A program made the position numbers and the translations under genes. Below the pieces are notes generated by a model. The model was given only the letters and a program-made list of their open reading frames with translations. It ran no database searches and was not told where the DNA came from. From NCBI RefSeq assembly GCF_006345805.1, contig NC_043005.1:102734001-102798000 (forward strand): a stretch of 64,000 bases of DNA, given 5' to 3'. Numbering within the stretch: the stretch's first letter is position 1; every line of letters begins with the position of its first letter. Of this stretch, positions 40,748-53,974 are shown in pieces. The stretch comes from Octopus sinensis. Taxonomy: Eukaryota.

Positions 40748-41011
40748 TATACGAGTGTGTGCGCGCATGCGTATGTATGGGTCTATGCTGTATGTGAGTG
40801 GATGAATGTCCTGGTGGGTGTGCGTACACACATGCGCATGTGTGTGTGCGTGCGTGCGTGTGTGTGGGTGTGTATGTGTATGTACGATGTATTTGCTAAG
40901 ATTGATATTTCATCTCTTACTATATTTGTCCATCGGAAACTGTTAGAGAAGGCATTTATCCAAGTGCTGCACTACAAGAATGAACTCGGAGAACCTAAAA
41001 TTGTAGAACGA

Positions 41012-41219
41012 AGTAAGCCTAGTACTTATTCTATCGGTCTCTTTTGCCGAATCGCTAAGTTACCGTGTCATAAAAACGCGAGCATCGGTTTTCAAGCAAT
41101 GTTGGGTGGGGTGGACAAACTCAGACACACAAACACACACTGTCACAGACACACGCACACATACGCACACACATACCTACATACACACACACACACATAT
41201 ATATATATATTTATATATG

Positions 41220-41271
<52 letters not shown>

Positions 41272-41428
41272 CATATATACGATGGGCTTCTTTTAGTGTC
41301 CGTCTACCAAATCCACTTACAAGACTCTGGTCGGCCCGAGGCTATAGTAGAAGACACTCGCCCGAGGTGCCACGCAGTGGGACTGAACCCGGTAAGCAAG
41401 CTACTTACCACACAGCCACTCCAGCGCC
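41012..41428 (-). mobile_element. SINE family A, 3'-truncated, with ~160-bp internal microsatellite
   Basis: Reverse complement of the head (41285-41428) and of the 3' module start (41012-41120), separated by (CA)n/(TA)n. Confidence 0.88.
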
Positions 41429-41924
41429 TATATGATTTTTTTTTATATTTCTCTCAGATTTAGTTTTAATTTCGTGTCGTAGAATCAAATTCATTTCCAA
41501 CAGGTCCTCCATTCTTACTCCTTACGATAGTGTCATCTTTGCCCTATTTCTAGCAGAACTTTTTTTACAATGTGGTATAGATAAACGAAAACCTTTAGAC
41601 AGTTAAGTCTAAGGATATTAAGTAAAACCCTGAAGAAGCCGCTCCGGTATTATGGTAGGGTTACAATTTCAAAGGTTACTAATCGGTACAATTGAAACAT
41701 ATGTAGGTCTATGTAAAGATGCGCACCATCCGCCTTGACAGGATGCTACAACAGCAGCTGCTTCTGCGCGACCTCGAGTGAACGTACAAGAGCACGCCAC
41801 TGGCCATGCCAGCAACGCTACCTCAGCTGGTGTTGCGCGGCCTGGAGTGAATGAAGTACAGCGTGTCATTTCCTTTTTTTTTTATATGTATTTTCGTAAA
41901 TTTCAAGTCATTATACACCCATAT

Positions 41925-42164
41925 GCGGAGGCGCGTGGCTTACTGCTTAGGGTGTTGGACTCATGATCCTAAGATTGTTGATTACTGGACCGGGCAACGC
42001 GTTCTGTTCTTTAGCAAAACACTTCTTATCACGTTACACCAGTCCACTCAGCTGGCAGAATGAGTAAACCTATGATGGACAAGCGTCCCATCCAAGTGGG
42101 GATTTTAAACGCCATGGAAACCGGGAGTCGGTATGACTCGAGAAAGTGACCTTTACCTTTACCT
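41925..42164 (+). mobile_element. tRNA-derived SINE with family C-type tail and a 14-bp TSD
   Basis: GCGGAGGCGCGTGGC..TGCTTAGGGTGTTGGACTC head; CCTATGATGGACAAGCGTCCCATCCAAG tail segment; (ACCTTT)n end. TSD TTATACACCCATAT at 41911-41924 and 42165-42178. Confidence 0.88.
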
Positions 42165-42329
42165 TTATACACCCATATATTTCAAATTTTCTTAGAGAAA
42201 CCGGTATTTTTCTCTACTTTGGCGGTTGTACCATATTTCAGAAAGAAAATTGTAAGTTTTCTGCGAATTTTGGTACGTTTGGCATAGAATTTTCTATGTT
42301 TTTCAAAACAGCTTTGGCAGCGCCGGTCG

Positions 42330-42403
42330 CTAATCTAAAAAAATAAGTGTTCTTAGAATGATGAAGCATTCACACACCCAGCAACGCCGGGTACCTCTAC
42401 TAG
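42330..42403 (+). mobile_element. Helitron 3' terminus
   Basis: CCCAGCAACGCCGGG hairpin followed by TACCTCTA-CTAG|T, the same terminal design as the 34290 element. Confidence 0.65.
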
Positions 42404-42794
42404 TTTATTATAATTTAATTAAGGTCACGTGAACTTGGAGTCATACAGCTCTTTCTGGGATATCCCAAGTGATAGGCTAGCATTTTCGTACACTGGGTAT
42501 TCTGTCATCAGAGACAAAGTTCTAGACAGGGAAGTTCACAGTTTATAAAAAGTGAAAGTCGATAAGACACAGACATGAACGCATCATACAAAATACTGCT
42601 AAAACACCTGTTGGATTTACCTTGAATTATACCTAAGGACCTATAACTTCAGAGAAGTACGGGGCAACATCCATACCTCCTGGAGAAAGATGAACTGCAA
42701 ACTTTATTCTGCTCTCTCTATAGGTTTCAGCCTCAAGGCCGTGGCCATTCTGGATCACCACTAGTGTGTGAGTGTATGGGGGATGTGGGTGTGA

Positions 42795-42834
<40 letters not shown>

Positions 42835-43279
42835 GAAGTTGGCCATTAAAAATTAAATTTTGATTAATTCACAGTTGATAACACGACGTGGTACATAGCA
42901 AAACCACAAGCAGATGCAATGTTAACCAATGAATAAATGATTTATCATGTTGAAATTCTATATTTAGCAAACGTATATAACGCCCATAAACGACACAACT
43001 CTAACACAGCAGGACACACGATACAAAAGACAAAAGGATATAGAAAAATATACGACAAAAATAGCATCGATAAATATATGAACGACGCATGTTACACTCA
43101 CTCATGAAATGTAAAGATAACGTTTAAATATAATAAATTAAAAAAGGAATGAATGTCAATTGAAAACGAATAAAGCATATTCATTGGTTTTATTGCTTGA
43201 AAGAGAAACGTGGTTTGAAAGATAGTAGTTAAAAAATGCGTTAGGAAATTTTAGATCAAAACTTTTATGTACATGTATG

Positions 43280-43658
43280 CATGTATATTCATTCACGCAC
43301 ACTGCACAACCAGGTGTAAATCTATGCATATATATATACACAACACAACCATTTGTATATATGCATGTGTATATATATATTACATGTATAAATATATACA
43401 TCAACACACACACATACATACATACACACACAAATCCTCTCATGTATACGTATACATAAATATATGTATATACATGTATACATACATGTGAGTGTATATA
43501 TATATGTATATATATATACATGTATACATATATGTGTGTGTATATATATATACACGTATACATACATGTGTATGTGTATATATATATATATATGTATACA
43601 TGCATGTGTGTGTATATATATGTATATATATATACATGTATTCATACATGCGTTTGTA

Positions 43659-43701
<43 letters not shown>

Positions 43702-43765
43702 ACATACATGTGTGTATATATATGTGTATTATATATATATACATGTATACATACATGTGTGTATA

Positions 43766-43804
<39 letters not shown>

Positions 43805-43836
43805 TATGTATATCTATCTATCTATCTATCTATCTA

Positions 43837-43925
<89 letters not shown>

Positions 43926-43935
43926 GCACGTATGT
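43280..43935. repeat. TA-based minisatellite with recurring unit (TA)n-CATGTATACATACATGTGTG-(TA)n
   Basis: Directly visible, about 6-7 variant units; explains the cluster of Y/I/C/V ORFs. Confidence 0.9.
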
Positions 43936-44592
43936 AATACCTATGTGTGTATGTATATAATCATGACTAAGGTTTTTAGAATGAATTTTCTCCAACCTTG
44001 CATCAGAATCAGATTCCTTGTATGTTGCGCAAATGAGTCATAGATTTTTCAGCCCATTTGTCGAGTATATGAAACGGGTGTATTACTCATTGGCTATTAA
44101 CATATCGTTCAACCTTGTTTGTTCCAATCGAAGAAGTGAGTCATTAGTCCATGTCAACAGGTTGTTGAAACCAAAATGCTCTGAACAGAGTCGTTGCCGT
44201 TGTTGTTGCTGTTGTAATCTCTGTTGGCAAGGTCTTATGTGGTTTTGCTATTGTGGTCGTGCTTGTTGTTGTTGCTGTAGTTGTTGCCGTTCAGTGCCTT
44301 GTTTTATTACGTTCCCTGAGTAATTTGGTTTATCGAATGTGGGTCTGTGGTGTTCTTCGTATGTTGTTTAGACTCGCTAAATGGATTTGCTTAATAGGGA
44401 AAGCTAATCAGTCATGGCTCCGTTACAAACTACACATCTAGCCACACGCGCATACACTCATAAACACACACTCGAGCACTGCTGCACACATACATACGTG
44501 TGAATCGCAATAACAACAACTATTGTATACAAGTCCCTGTATTTCTGTGTAACGCTAACTGGCTATCAATCTAGCGACAAATACATACAGAC

Positions 44593-44624
<32 letters not shown>

Positions 44625-45519
44625 TATATATATGGATTTGTGTGTGTATACATGTGAGTGCATGCGTGTGTTTGTGTGTGTGTGCATGTGTGTTTGTGTT
44701 TATTTGCTTATGTATATATACATGTATATATATATTATTTTATTCTATTATATGTATGTTTATATTATAGATCGATAAACTGACAGCTACATACAGATTC
44801 ATACACAAGAATAATAGCGAAACGTTTATTCTTTATTACTTCATGTATTTACTTCATATGTGTGTGTTTGTGTGTGCGCGTGTGTTTGTGTGTTTGTGTG
44901 TTTGTGTGTGTGCATGTGTGACTGTGTGTAACTGCGTGGGAGTTTATGCATATATGATTCTGTGTGTATATATATATATATATATGTATGCATGTATGTA
45001 TGTGTGTGTATAGATACGTGTATATACACACATATATACATACATATATATATATGTGTGTGTATATATATATGCATGTATACTAGGTATGTATATGTAT
45101 ATATATATATATGAATGTATGTATCTATGAATGTATATAGATATACAAACAAATCGATAAACTGACAACTAGATCCCGTTTCATACTCATGAACGGGAAG
45201 TAAACGTTTACGCTGTTTATTAAATATGTGTGTGTGTGCGTGTGTGTTTGTGTGTTTGTGTATTTGGGTGTAAGGTGGTGTACTCACAAATTTATGTAAA
45301 GTTGTTTGTGCAAATCTATATTCATATATATATATATATATATACCCATACATATATTTGTGATTTTGTTTATTCTCAACAAACATACAGAGAGAAAAAG
45401 GTATGAGTATGTATTTATCTGTATAACCATATACATACATATATACACACTTAGATTCACGCGCACACACACAAACGCACACATATATATCTATACATAC
45501 TCACCCACATACTCGTGAA

Positions 45520-45605
45520 CGTGCGTGACTCAGTGGTTAGGTTTCTCGACGTACAATTGTAAAGTCATGACTACAGTTCCCGGCGACGCGTTCCGTCCCT
45601 GGCAG
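45520..45605 (+). mobile_element. Degraded SINE tRNA-like head
   Basis: GCGTGACTCAGTGGTTAGG A-box-like start and ...AGTTCCCGGCGACGCGTT.CGTCCCT, similar to the 41925 head. Confidence 0.45.
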
Positions 45606-45802
45606 ATACATGTGAAATCACAAATACAGTGCTAAAAGTTGAAACTCGTTCAATCAGTGTCCGTGTGCAATAAGAAATCACGAACTCATTCCTGATGTCT
45701 ATACCGAAAGGGAAGGAGGAACGTTTGGACTCATAAATGACATTCAGAAATATGGTGTGTGTGTGGGAGTATGTATATATATATATATATATATGTATGT
45801 AT

Positions 45803-46160
45803 TACTCGTTCACTCTTTAATTTGTTTCAGCCATTTGACTGCGGCCATGCTGGAGCACCGTCTTTAGTCGAACAAATCGACCTCAGGACGTATTCTTATT
45901 AGACTAGTATTTATCCTATCGGTCTGTTTTGCCGAACCGCTCAGTTACGGGGATAAAAACATCCCAACATCGGTTGTCAAGTGATGGTGACGTGAGGGAC
46001 AAAAACAGTCACTCAAACATCCACCACATCCACTCGCAAGGTTTTGCTCGGTCCAAGGCTATAACAGAAGAATACTTGCCCAAGGTGTCACGCAGTGGGA
46101 CTGAACCCGGAACTATGTGGCTGTTATGCAAGCAATTTAAACATAGCTACTCCTTTGCCT
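45803..46160 (-). mobile_element. SINE family A, both ends present, with an internal deletion removing the microsatellite linker
   Basis: Reverse complement of tail (45803-45990) and head (46025-46160), without the GTAGACGGAAACTG-(TA)n segment. Confidence 0.85.
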
Positions 46161-46499
46161 CCCATTATATGACCAGTATATGTATATCAATATATATGTA
46201 TGTATATAAATATATTTATATCTATAAACGCACACACACATGCGTGCGCACATATATCGACTTGGTTCAAAAATTGGTCAAATTTCTTCAGTTTGAAAGG
46301 ACAGATATTGTTTATGGTTGGAAAAATCTTGTAGATGAACCGTACCATTCCAAGAAGACAGTGACAGATTCTGCTAGTGAGGAAATGCATCTACTGCATA
46401 CCTCCACTCCATGGTTTCTTTCGGATTCCGTACATGATTGTGCTCCGATACGTCCAGAGAAAGATGCACACAGATAAACATCTGGACGAAAGGGTAAGT

Positions 46500-46900
46500 G
46501 ACTGCGAAAGCAGAGGTTATCTGTTTTGTGCATCTTTCGTGCTGCACATTTTCCCTCAGCTCTTATCCTTGACCAAGTTGTAGTCGATGGTTAACCAGAG
46601 ATTGAGATTGAGTCTTATCCTTCAGCATGTTAGGAAGTGTGCTGTTCGTCGTACAATTTTTGCTGTGGATGAGAAATAGCGCTAGATTTCTTCAGAGGAT
46701 TAGTTTAGGTTATCATTGAGGATAGCCCCTGATAAATACTGGACATTGACAATAGCTTTCTGAGCAATCTCTATTGGAGAACTTTTAGTTCGGAGATTTT
46801 GAAAATGTTCAAAAGTCCTTGACATAGCAGTGCTCCAGGTGGACATTTTCTGTTCGAGACAAGCTCTAAAAGCACAGAAGTCTTAACAGCTGATCATGTT
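46500..46900 (-). mobile_element. Possible RTE-clade LINE remnant
   Basis: Hand translation gives EQKM...TAMSR..NIFK...RLLRKL..S.IY.G and KIVRR.AHFL, loosely matching RTE post-RT motifs. Very decayed. Confidence 0.3.
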
Positions 46901-49619
46901 CGAGATGTGTGCCGGGAGAGATACTGGCATATACGAAATCCTGTGTCTATGCAGTAGCAGTTGTATGCTGATGTCAAACGGCTTCTGTGGCGCTGAATAC
47001 GGCTGTCAGCCCTGTTTGTAGTGAAGATTTACTCACCTCCTTTCTTTAGCAAGGAAGGGAATCAAATCTGTCTCTACTCAGTGGCTGTATGAAAGACATT
47101 GCATCGGACTAGTGCGAAAGTTGTGAAGACCGGCATTTTCCTGGAGGGTGAGAGCAAAATAGAGAGCTACTTTCTGTGTGTTAATCGAACGGTGCACGAG
47201 ATGAAAGAAGCACCGTGTGTATATTTTTCTAAACAGAGATAAAATATCCGGAAGAGATGTCTTTTAGTTGCAACAAGTCAATCTTTTGTTATGTGTTTCT
47301 ACTGACATTTTTCCATCGATGTAAGTCCTATTGGTTTTATGTACTATAATTTGTCTCCTATATTACACATCGTATTTCCGCACACGGATGTTTGTGTGTC
47401 TGAGGAGGATGCAGTTTGTATACGCCTATTTTATTGTTTGTAGATAAACGTATGATAAATTTTATAGGCTTTTTGCTTGATAAGAGTTGTATGCATTTGC
47501 ATAGCAGCCAAGTTAAACAATGGTAGAAATGCACTGCTACAGTACATGAACATAGCATACAAATATTCCTGATGTCATTTCGTACCTAAAGATAGAAGAA
47601 CAAACAGTTCTGAAGACCGCATTTTGAAAATCTTATCTATGTTGAGGGACACTCTAACGTAATTAACGCTTTAAAATGCCAGTCGTAGTTATACTGATTA
47701 CTCATATTTCTTTACCTAGCTAAATGTAGTCTCTTGGCAATTCCGTATGTTCCCCTCCCTTTTCCTAAAGGAATTCCTAAATGTTCGATGCTTTCGTTTG
47801 CATCTATGTGATTCCTGACACATATTCTGCAAATTTTCCGAAAGCGTATCTGTATATTTCATATTATATAGCATTCTGATAAAATACGTTTTTTTTTCGT
47901 GTGTGTGTAATGGAGTATTCCATTTCAATGTGAGCATTTATAGCAGCAGATTACATTTAAAGAGACAAACGATCAATTTGTCTTTATATAATATTCTCGT
48001 ACTCGTCTTCGTGAGAAGCAGATTAGGGATTTTATATTCATAGTGCAAATTAAGAGTTCCATCAATAAAGATTAAAGATTATATAATTTCATGCATGATT
48101 TTAACGAACCGTTCAAATATATCAATAAAATTCCTCAACACTTCTTTATGTTGCAATGATTATAGGGTGAATTAGTTTGGCTCGCTACTCCTGTTATTTA
48201 TATTAAAAAGTATCATTTTCTATATATTTCATATGATAAAAGGAGTTTATATCATTAATGATATTCTATAATTTCATAAAAAGTTTTGGCTTCGATTTGT
48301 TTAAGTTATTTTGTAAACTATTGCATAAATTTGGAAATCATTGGAAATCTTCTATAAGAGACTTATAGAAGATTTTCTTTCCTTCAGATTCCTGTTTCTC
48401 TTAATTTTACCATTACCTTAATTTTCCTCCGTTGATGTTTTCTTGCTCTTATTAATGTTTTAATTTAGGTAATTAATATTATAAACGATCTATATGATGT
48501 TACCAATACACATATATCAACACACACATGATCACTCTATCAAACAAAGGTATATTCATAAATACACGCACGAAAGCTATGACAAATACTCTTACACCAA
48601 AAAATATAAACAGCTGCACGCGCATGTACACTAAGAAATATAGAACATAGTCTTAGCAGTAAAATATATTGCGTTCTTTCAGCATTTAATTACATCTATA
48701 ACATCTATTTCTTGCAGTCCTCTAAGATCGGTCGGAACTCTTAAGACCCTTATGCAGCATGCTTCACTTGATGTGAATTGAATGACGTACAAATATTCCA
48801 TTGAATAATAGCTTGTAAATGCCGTATTAAATTCACTTGATATACTTACCTACTGTTGATCGCGCTGAGAAATGCTTCAAGAGCTAAAATCCCTCTAAGA
48901 TTAAACAAGAACCCTTAAGATACTCTTGTAGCAGCCTTGATGATTAGGATTATGTATCACATCAACGACCTTGCACAAAATGTATTACGTATGAAACCTT
49001 AATCATGCGGGAAATTAGATGCTTGCACTACTGAAATGGAAGCCTTAGCCAATACTTGATCCTTCTAATATATTATAGTTAGTAATTCAGCTAGGTAAAG
49101 TAGTGTCTCTTTTCATCGTTGCTATTGTGTTCTTCACTTTTGTAATTAACATTATCTCGAACGTCAGTAACGTCCCAATAAATCATTCACTCCATTCAAG
49201 AGAAATGTGTAATACTTAAAAAGATATTTACCTTCCAATTATTTTGGAGCTACAGCATCTAAACGGGAGCTTTCACTTGTTTGCTAGTAAAACTGTGATA
49301 AAAGTAGTTATTAAAGAAAAAACAGGATACGTAATTATAAATCTTTATATTTTATTATTACAAATACGTAATTATAAATTATAAATTATGTATTACAAAT
49401 ACATAATTATAAATCTATAATACGTTTATTTGGAGCTCGAAAGTCAAAATAGAAATCAAAATAGAAATTTCGTTCGACGATAAACACTTCATCGTCGAAC
49501 ATCAAATTTTCATACAAGACAGCAGAAGCCATATTCACCAACACTACAGATTCCACGCTTCAGTTCCCTTACATAAACATTGATTTCTGAAGTAGAAGAA
49601 TGACCACAAACCTTCGGAT

Positions 49620-50060
49620 AACTTTGATAGCTTTGACAGGTTTCGGCCGGTGTAGGCCCAGGCCATATCTAACTTAACAGCAACACCTGGTGAAGTCTTT
49701 TAGTCATATATGGGGCAGCGTGGACCACTCTAGCGATGAGTTATTATTGTTGGAGACGTATCCGGATGTAGGAGGTTGGTCCAGGATATTTTGAAGAAAT
49801 TTGACCTGTGAAATTTTAAATTTTATGGGATCCGTTTCCGTTTTGACATATTTTGGTATTGTATTAAAGAGAGCTGGAACGGTTGAGGTAAAGTAATTGT
49901 GGCAAAATGTTTTTATATATCCTGAGTTCGATTTCTGTAGTGGGTGGATAGCACGGGGGCAGGGTTTAGATGATGCAGTATTTGTGTAAAGCTTTATTAT
50001 ATAGATTATGGAAGGATGAAAGCGAACGGTAATTCCTCTTGAGTTTGAACTTCCAACATA
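49620..50060 (-). mobile_element. CR1-group LINE extreme 3' end with 3' UTR
   Basis: ORF 49704..50102 has PRAI.P...S..YIKT..HNYF...VPALFNTIPK...FK....KFLQNI.DQP..SGY...NNSSLEW. Followed by a GGCC...GGCCGAAACC hairpin UTR. Confidence 0.75.
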
Positions 50061-50939
50061 GAAAGACACAACTAAGCCACCGCCACACCACCACTTCAAC
50101 AACTGTTTGAACGTTTCTTAACTACCGTCAGAAACATGACAAAAATAATAAATTACAGAAGTAATTATTTATTTTCATCCTAGTAGGATACGAGTTCAGC
50201 TCAATCAAAGGTTGGATTTTGTTTCATCTGTTAATCTTCGTGTAATATTTTTTGAAATAGAAAAGAAATCGATTTTTCAATTAATTATTTGCAGAGTTCC
50301 ATTATAGTTCCTGTATCATTAAGTGATCGTCATCGAATGTGTTCTTTAAATATTCTAATTGAATGGTTTGCTGAGACAAGCAAAATGTCTTTCTCTTGAT
50401 GCAAGTCACTTAGTACGGCTAAAAGTGAAATCTAAAAGGAATACTAAATTGTGACCAGAATTTAATCACAGATTCATTTTACTAAGACTCAACTACTATT
50501 TGTTACTGTTCACGCGAAACATGCTCTCTCATCGACTCAAACGCAACAATAATTTTGAAGCAGAGTCGATAGCTGTGGTCAACAGCTGGCCAGTGGTGGG
50601 CATGTTTGTATGCGTGTGCGTTTGTATGTGTGTGTGTGTTTGTATTTACTTTTTTCTTCTGTTTTTAACACTCCAATCATTAGAAATTGGTCATATTGAA
50701 GAAACGCTTTGAAGGATTTTATTCGAAAGAATCGAACCCAATACTTATTTTTAAAGCCTAGTATTTATTTGATCGTGTTTAAATATTTAAAAAATTTCTT
50801 TTTTTTTGCTGAATGGATAATGTTACGTGTAGAGAACAGTAGGGAGATCGCTACCTGCCTGCAATACATATCGAGTGCGAAGCACACTGATTAACCAGCC
50901 GAAGGAGGTGTCCTCTTAAGTGTTAAATACACGCACAAC

Positions 50940-51058
50940 TATAGAATAAGTACTAGGCTTACAAAGAATGAGTACTGTGGTCTGTTTGTTCGACTAAAGG
51001 CGTTGCTCCAGCATGGCCGTAGTCAAATGACTGAAACAAGGAAAAGGATAAAAGAATA
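50940..51058 (+). mobile_element. SINE family A, 3' tail fragment
   Basis: ATAGAATAAGTACTAGGCTTACAAAGAAT...CGACTAAAGGCG.TGCTCCAGCATGGCCG.AGTCAAATGACTGAAACAAG. Confidence 0.9.
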
Positions 51059-51071
51059 TATATATACGTGT

Positions 51072-51072
51072 G

Positions 51073-51106
<34 letters not shown>

Positions 51107-51128
51107 CTTCTTCTTCTTCTTCTTCTTC

Positions 51129-51178
<50 letters not shown>

Positions 51179-51196
51179 GTTGTTGTTGTTGTTGTT
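51072..51196. repeat. Compound trinucleotide tract (GTT)n(CTT)n(ATT)n(GTT)n
   Basis: Directly visible, immediately 3' of the R4/Dong-like element. Confidence 0.95.
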
Positions 51197-52785
51197 CGAT
51201 ACTTGGTATGTCGAGGCAAATCACTACTACCTCAACTGCTACACCTCTGTGTTGCTGGTGTGTGTGCAGCATTGTTCTTTGCTGCTGCTGGGAGTGTGCG
51301 ATCTTCCCGGTAATGTATTGTATTAGCTTATTTTCAATGAGATGTGCTACTATCTTTTGTTGTGCTACTGCTTGTATTGTGTGTTGAGTGTGTAATACTT
51401 TGGTTTTACGGCTTGCTGGTGGGTGTTTATTTCGCTGGGTAAATACTTTATAGAGTAAGTCTTGTATTTGTGCGTTCTTTTGTTTAGATTGTATTATTGA
51501 ATTGATAGTGACTTGCGTAGGAAGTAGGCTGTTCCTAGCAGGGCTATTTTTTTGGACAGTAGGCAGTGTTGGAGATCCAGGTATATCTTCTACATTTTTG
51601 TTCATATGATTATTTTCAATATCCAGTGCTTCTGTTATTATCGGTATTGTTTTTACCTTCGTGTCCCACATTTTGAATACTTCAATTCCGAGGTATTTAT
51701 ACTTCAATAATTTCTTCACTTCTTTTTTGACAATATTTTGGTCAGAAGGGACTGCAATGTTTATCAGCAAGCAGGTGTTTCTTCCCCAGTTCTTGACTAT
51801 TATGTTTGGGCGCTCAGTTTTTATTTCTTTGTCGGTTTGAACCGGCACATCTCAGAAGATTGTGGCCTGATCATTGTCTTGTACCTTGTTTGGCTCAGGC
51901 TTATACTACCTGCTGTGAGGTTTGATGTTGGAATGTTGGTATATTGTCCAGTGGATATTACTACTTCCTTTGTCGTGCCTCTATACATATTCAGGCTTGG
52001 CAAGGACTGGGCAGCTCGAGATGATGTGGTAAACTGTCTCATTATACTGGTTGCACAATCTGCATTTGGTGTTGAGGCCTGTTTTCGTTATTTTGTTTTT
52101 ATAATTGTAGTCAAGTATTGGTCTCGTGCAGCAGAAATTAGTCCTCGCATTTCGGCTTTTAATCCAGACCTTTTGAACCATTATTGGCTTCTACTTAGGG
52201 CCACTTCCTCTCTGTCAAGCCTTGCAGCGAACTGGCCGTGAAGTGATTTTTTTTCTCCATTTCTTCTTCAGTATCTTTAGTAATTCCGTTTTTACGTTGT
52301 TGTTTTTTGTCTCTCTAACCATTTTCTATGTTGTCATCTGAAGTCAGTGTGTCAGTGTAGTTTAATTATACTTTGTATTTTGTCGCCTTCTTGGGTATAG
52401 AGAAAAGCGTTTTCTTATTCTCATGTTGCTTTACTGCATACATATGTCTTCTCTTCTTTGTTTCTAAGTACTTTGCCAGTCCAACAAGCAGTAGTTTCCT
52501 ATCTATATCAGGACACGTCCTCCCTCTGAGCGAGGAAGTTATATTCTCTCTGAGTCTGCTTTGGGGTGGGGACTTCGCTACACTGTTAGTAGTTTTCTCG
52601 TTTTTCTATCTAGATTTCTCAATTCACTGATCTTCCAGTTTATTATGTTAAAGCTGTATGGCTAGCGTGTTTATCTCTATCTTATTTTTAGCATTAAGTT
52701 CAGTGTTTAATATAAGTCTAACTCTTCAGTAATACTCTCTCCTAATTTTCTCTTTCATTCCTATCTGTTGTATTTTACTCTTCAG
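51197..52785 (-). mobile_element. R4/Dong-like RLE-type non-LTR retrotransposon, 5'-truncated and decayed
   Basis: Minus strand gives, in order: MKEKIRREYY.RVR.ILNTELNAKNK..INTLAI; HHPKAD...LPRSEGGR; W..KSLHGQF; CCHC knuckle KCRLC...ETVYHIISSCPVLAK.EY; RLE domain MPVQTDKEIK..RPNIIVK...TCLLINIAVPSD...KEV.K..KY..L..E...MW..K...IPII; end KIALLGTAYFLRKSLSIQ* at ~51494. Confidence 0.88.
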
Positions 52786-53974
52786 AAAGAGTCAGTTTCT
52801 TGGGGTGATGAGTAACCTCTATAGTTAAGAGGAAGGAAGATTTTCAGTGGATAGGCATGCTCAGATCCAGATTTGTCATAAATCATGAGTAGAGGGAGAG
52901 AACACCCACAAATTCAAGATGGTTCCTCCTACTTGTTAGTCTCCAATAATCAGCTTAGATCACGCTGCCTTAATGCTGTGAAGATGTTAGGTTAGCAGGA
53001 TATGCAGTATAGTATATTCAGAGACATCAGTACATACACCATTTCAAGGGCTGGAAATATTTATCTCACTGTTCTGCTTCATCCGGAGGCTTTATGACCC
53101 CTGGAACGATTACCTGACATCAAATGAAGTATCAGTAAAAGCCCTATCACCTTTCTTACTGGAACTCACTACTGCCAACTCTGACTTCGCGGAAAACAAC
53201 ACACACCTCACATACATGCAATATCCATGAAGAGGAAGAATGAATTGTTTTATTGTTGCCACCAAAGGCAGCCGACAATCCACCTAAACCACAATCGGCT
53301 TGTCTGACCGGGCACCATACAAGAGCAGGATTTTAATGCTTGCCAGCCATATAGGCTACAGTTCCATCTATGTTAATAATGAGGTTTGAATTCTAAACCA
53401 AAACACCAGTTTATTCCACGTAAGCAGCGCAGTCGCTAATGTGTTAACATTCAATCGAACGTCGACCGTTCTCCTGACACCGTATTTGATGTCGCTGGAG
53501 ACTATACGCTTCATTGACAACGCTATCCTCTCACTGGGCTAAAAGGAAAAAAATGTGGTGTCACTTCAACAGTATTAACACTGCATGTCAGTTGGTCAAA
53601 CAAACTCTTATCAAATGTGTTAAATCCTACTTTCTTTCGTTTGTCCTCTCACTGGTCACATGCACATAGACATACATATACACACATGCACACACATACA
53701 CACATAACCACAATCACACATGTACACATAGACAAACACACACACATAAATATAGAGCGAGACACACACACAGAATGACACACAGAGTGACACACAGAGT
53801 GACACACAGAGAGACACACGTGCACCCATACACATGTGCATACACACACGCACATATATATATACTTCCCACTCCGTCTACACGCGTATGCCAGCGCATA
53901 CACAGAGACGGACCCGCCCATTCACACACGTTTCAAAACTGCCGTCGACTCATTATTGACCGTCTACGCACACA

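Noticed and set aside
42621-42679. Minus-strand exon candidate (GMDVAPYFSEVI frame)
   Set aside because: Strong acceptor, but every frame hits a stop before the good donor.
43156-45482. Cluster of overlapping Y/I/C/V/H/T-rich ORFs
   Set aside because: (TA)n/(TG)n microsatellite translations on both strands.
45929-46477. 182-aa ORF
   Set aside because: Runs across an antisense SINE and a microsatellite; no recognisable domain.
47037-47140. Minus-strand exon with excellent acceptor and GTGAGT donor
   Set aside because: Stops in all three frames. It could only be non-coding and shows how often good splice pairs arise by chance here.
48842-48851. U1 snRNA 5' end (ATACTTACCT)
   Set aside because: Only 10 nt match and the downstream sequence is unlike U1. 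It is simply the complement of a splice-donor consensus.
49232-49292. Minus-strand exon candidate
   Set aside because: Closed in all three frames.
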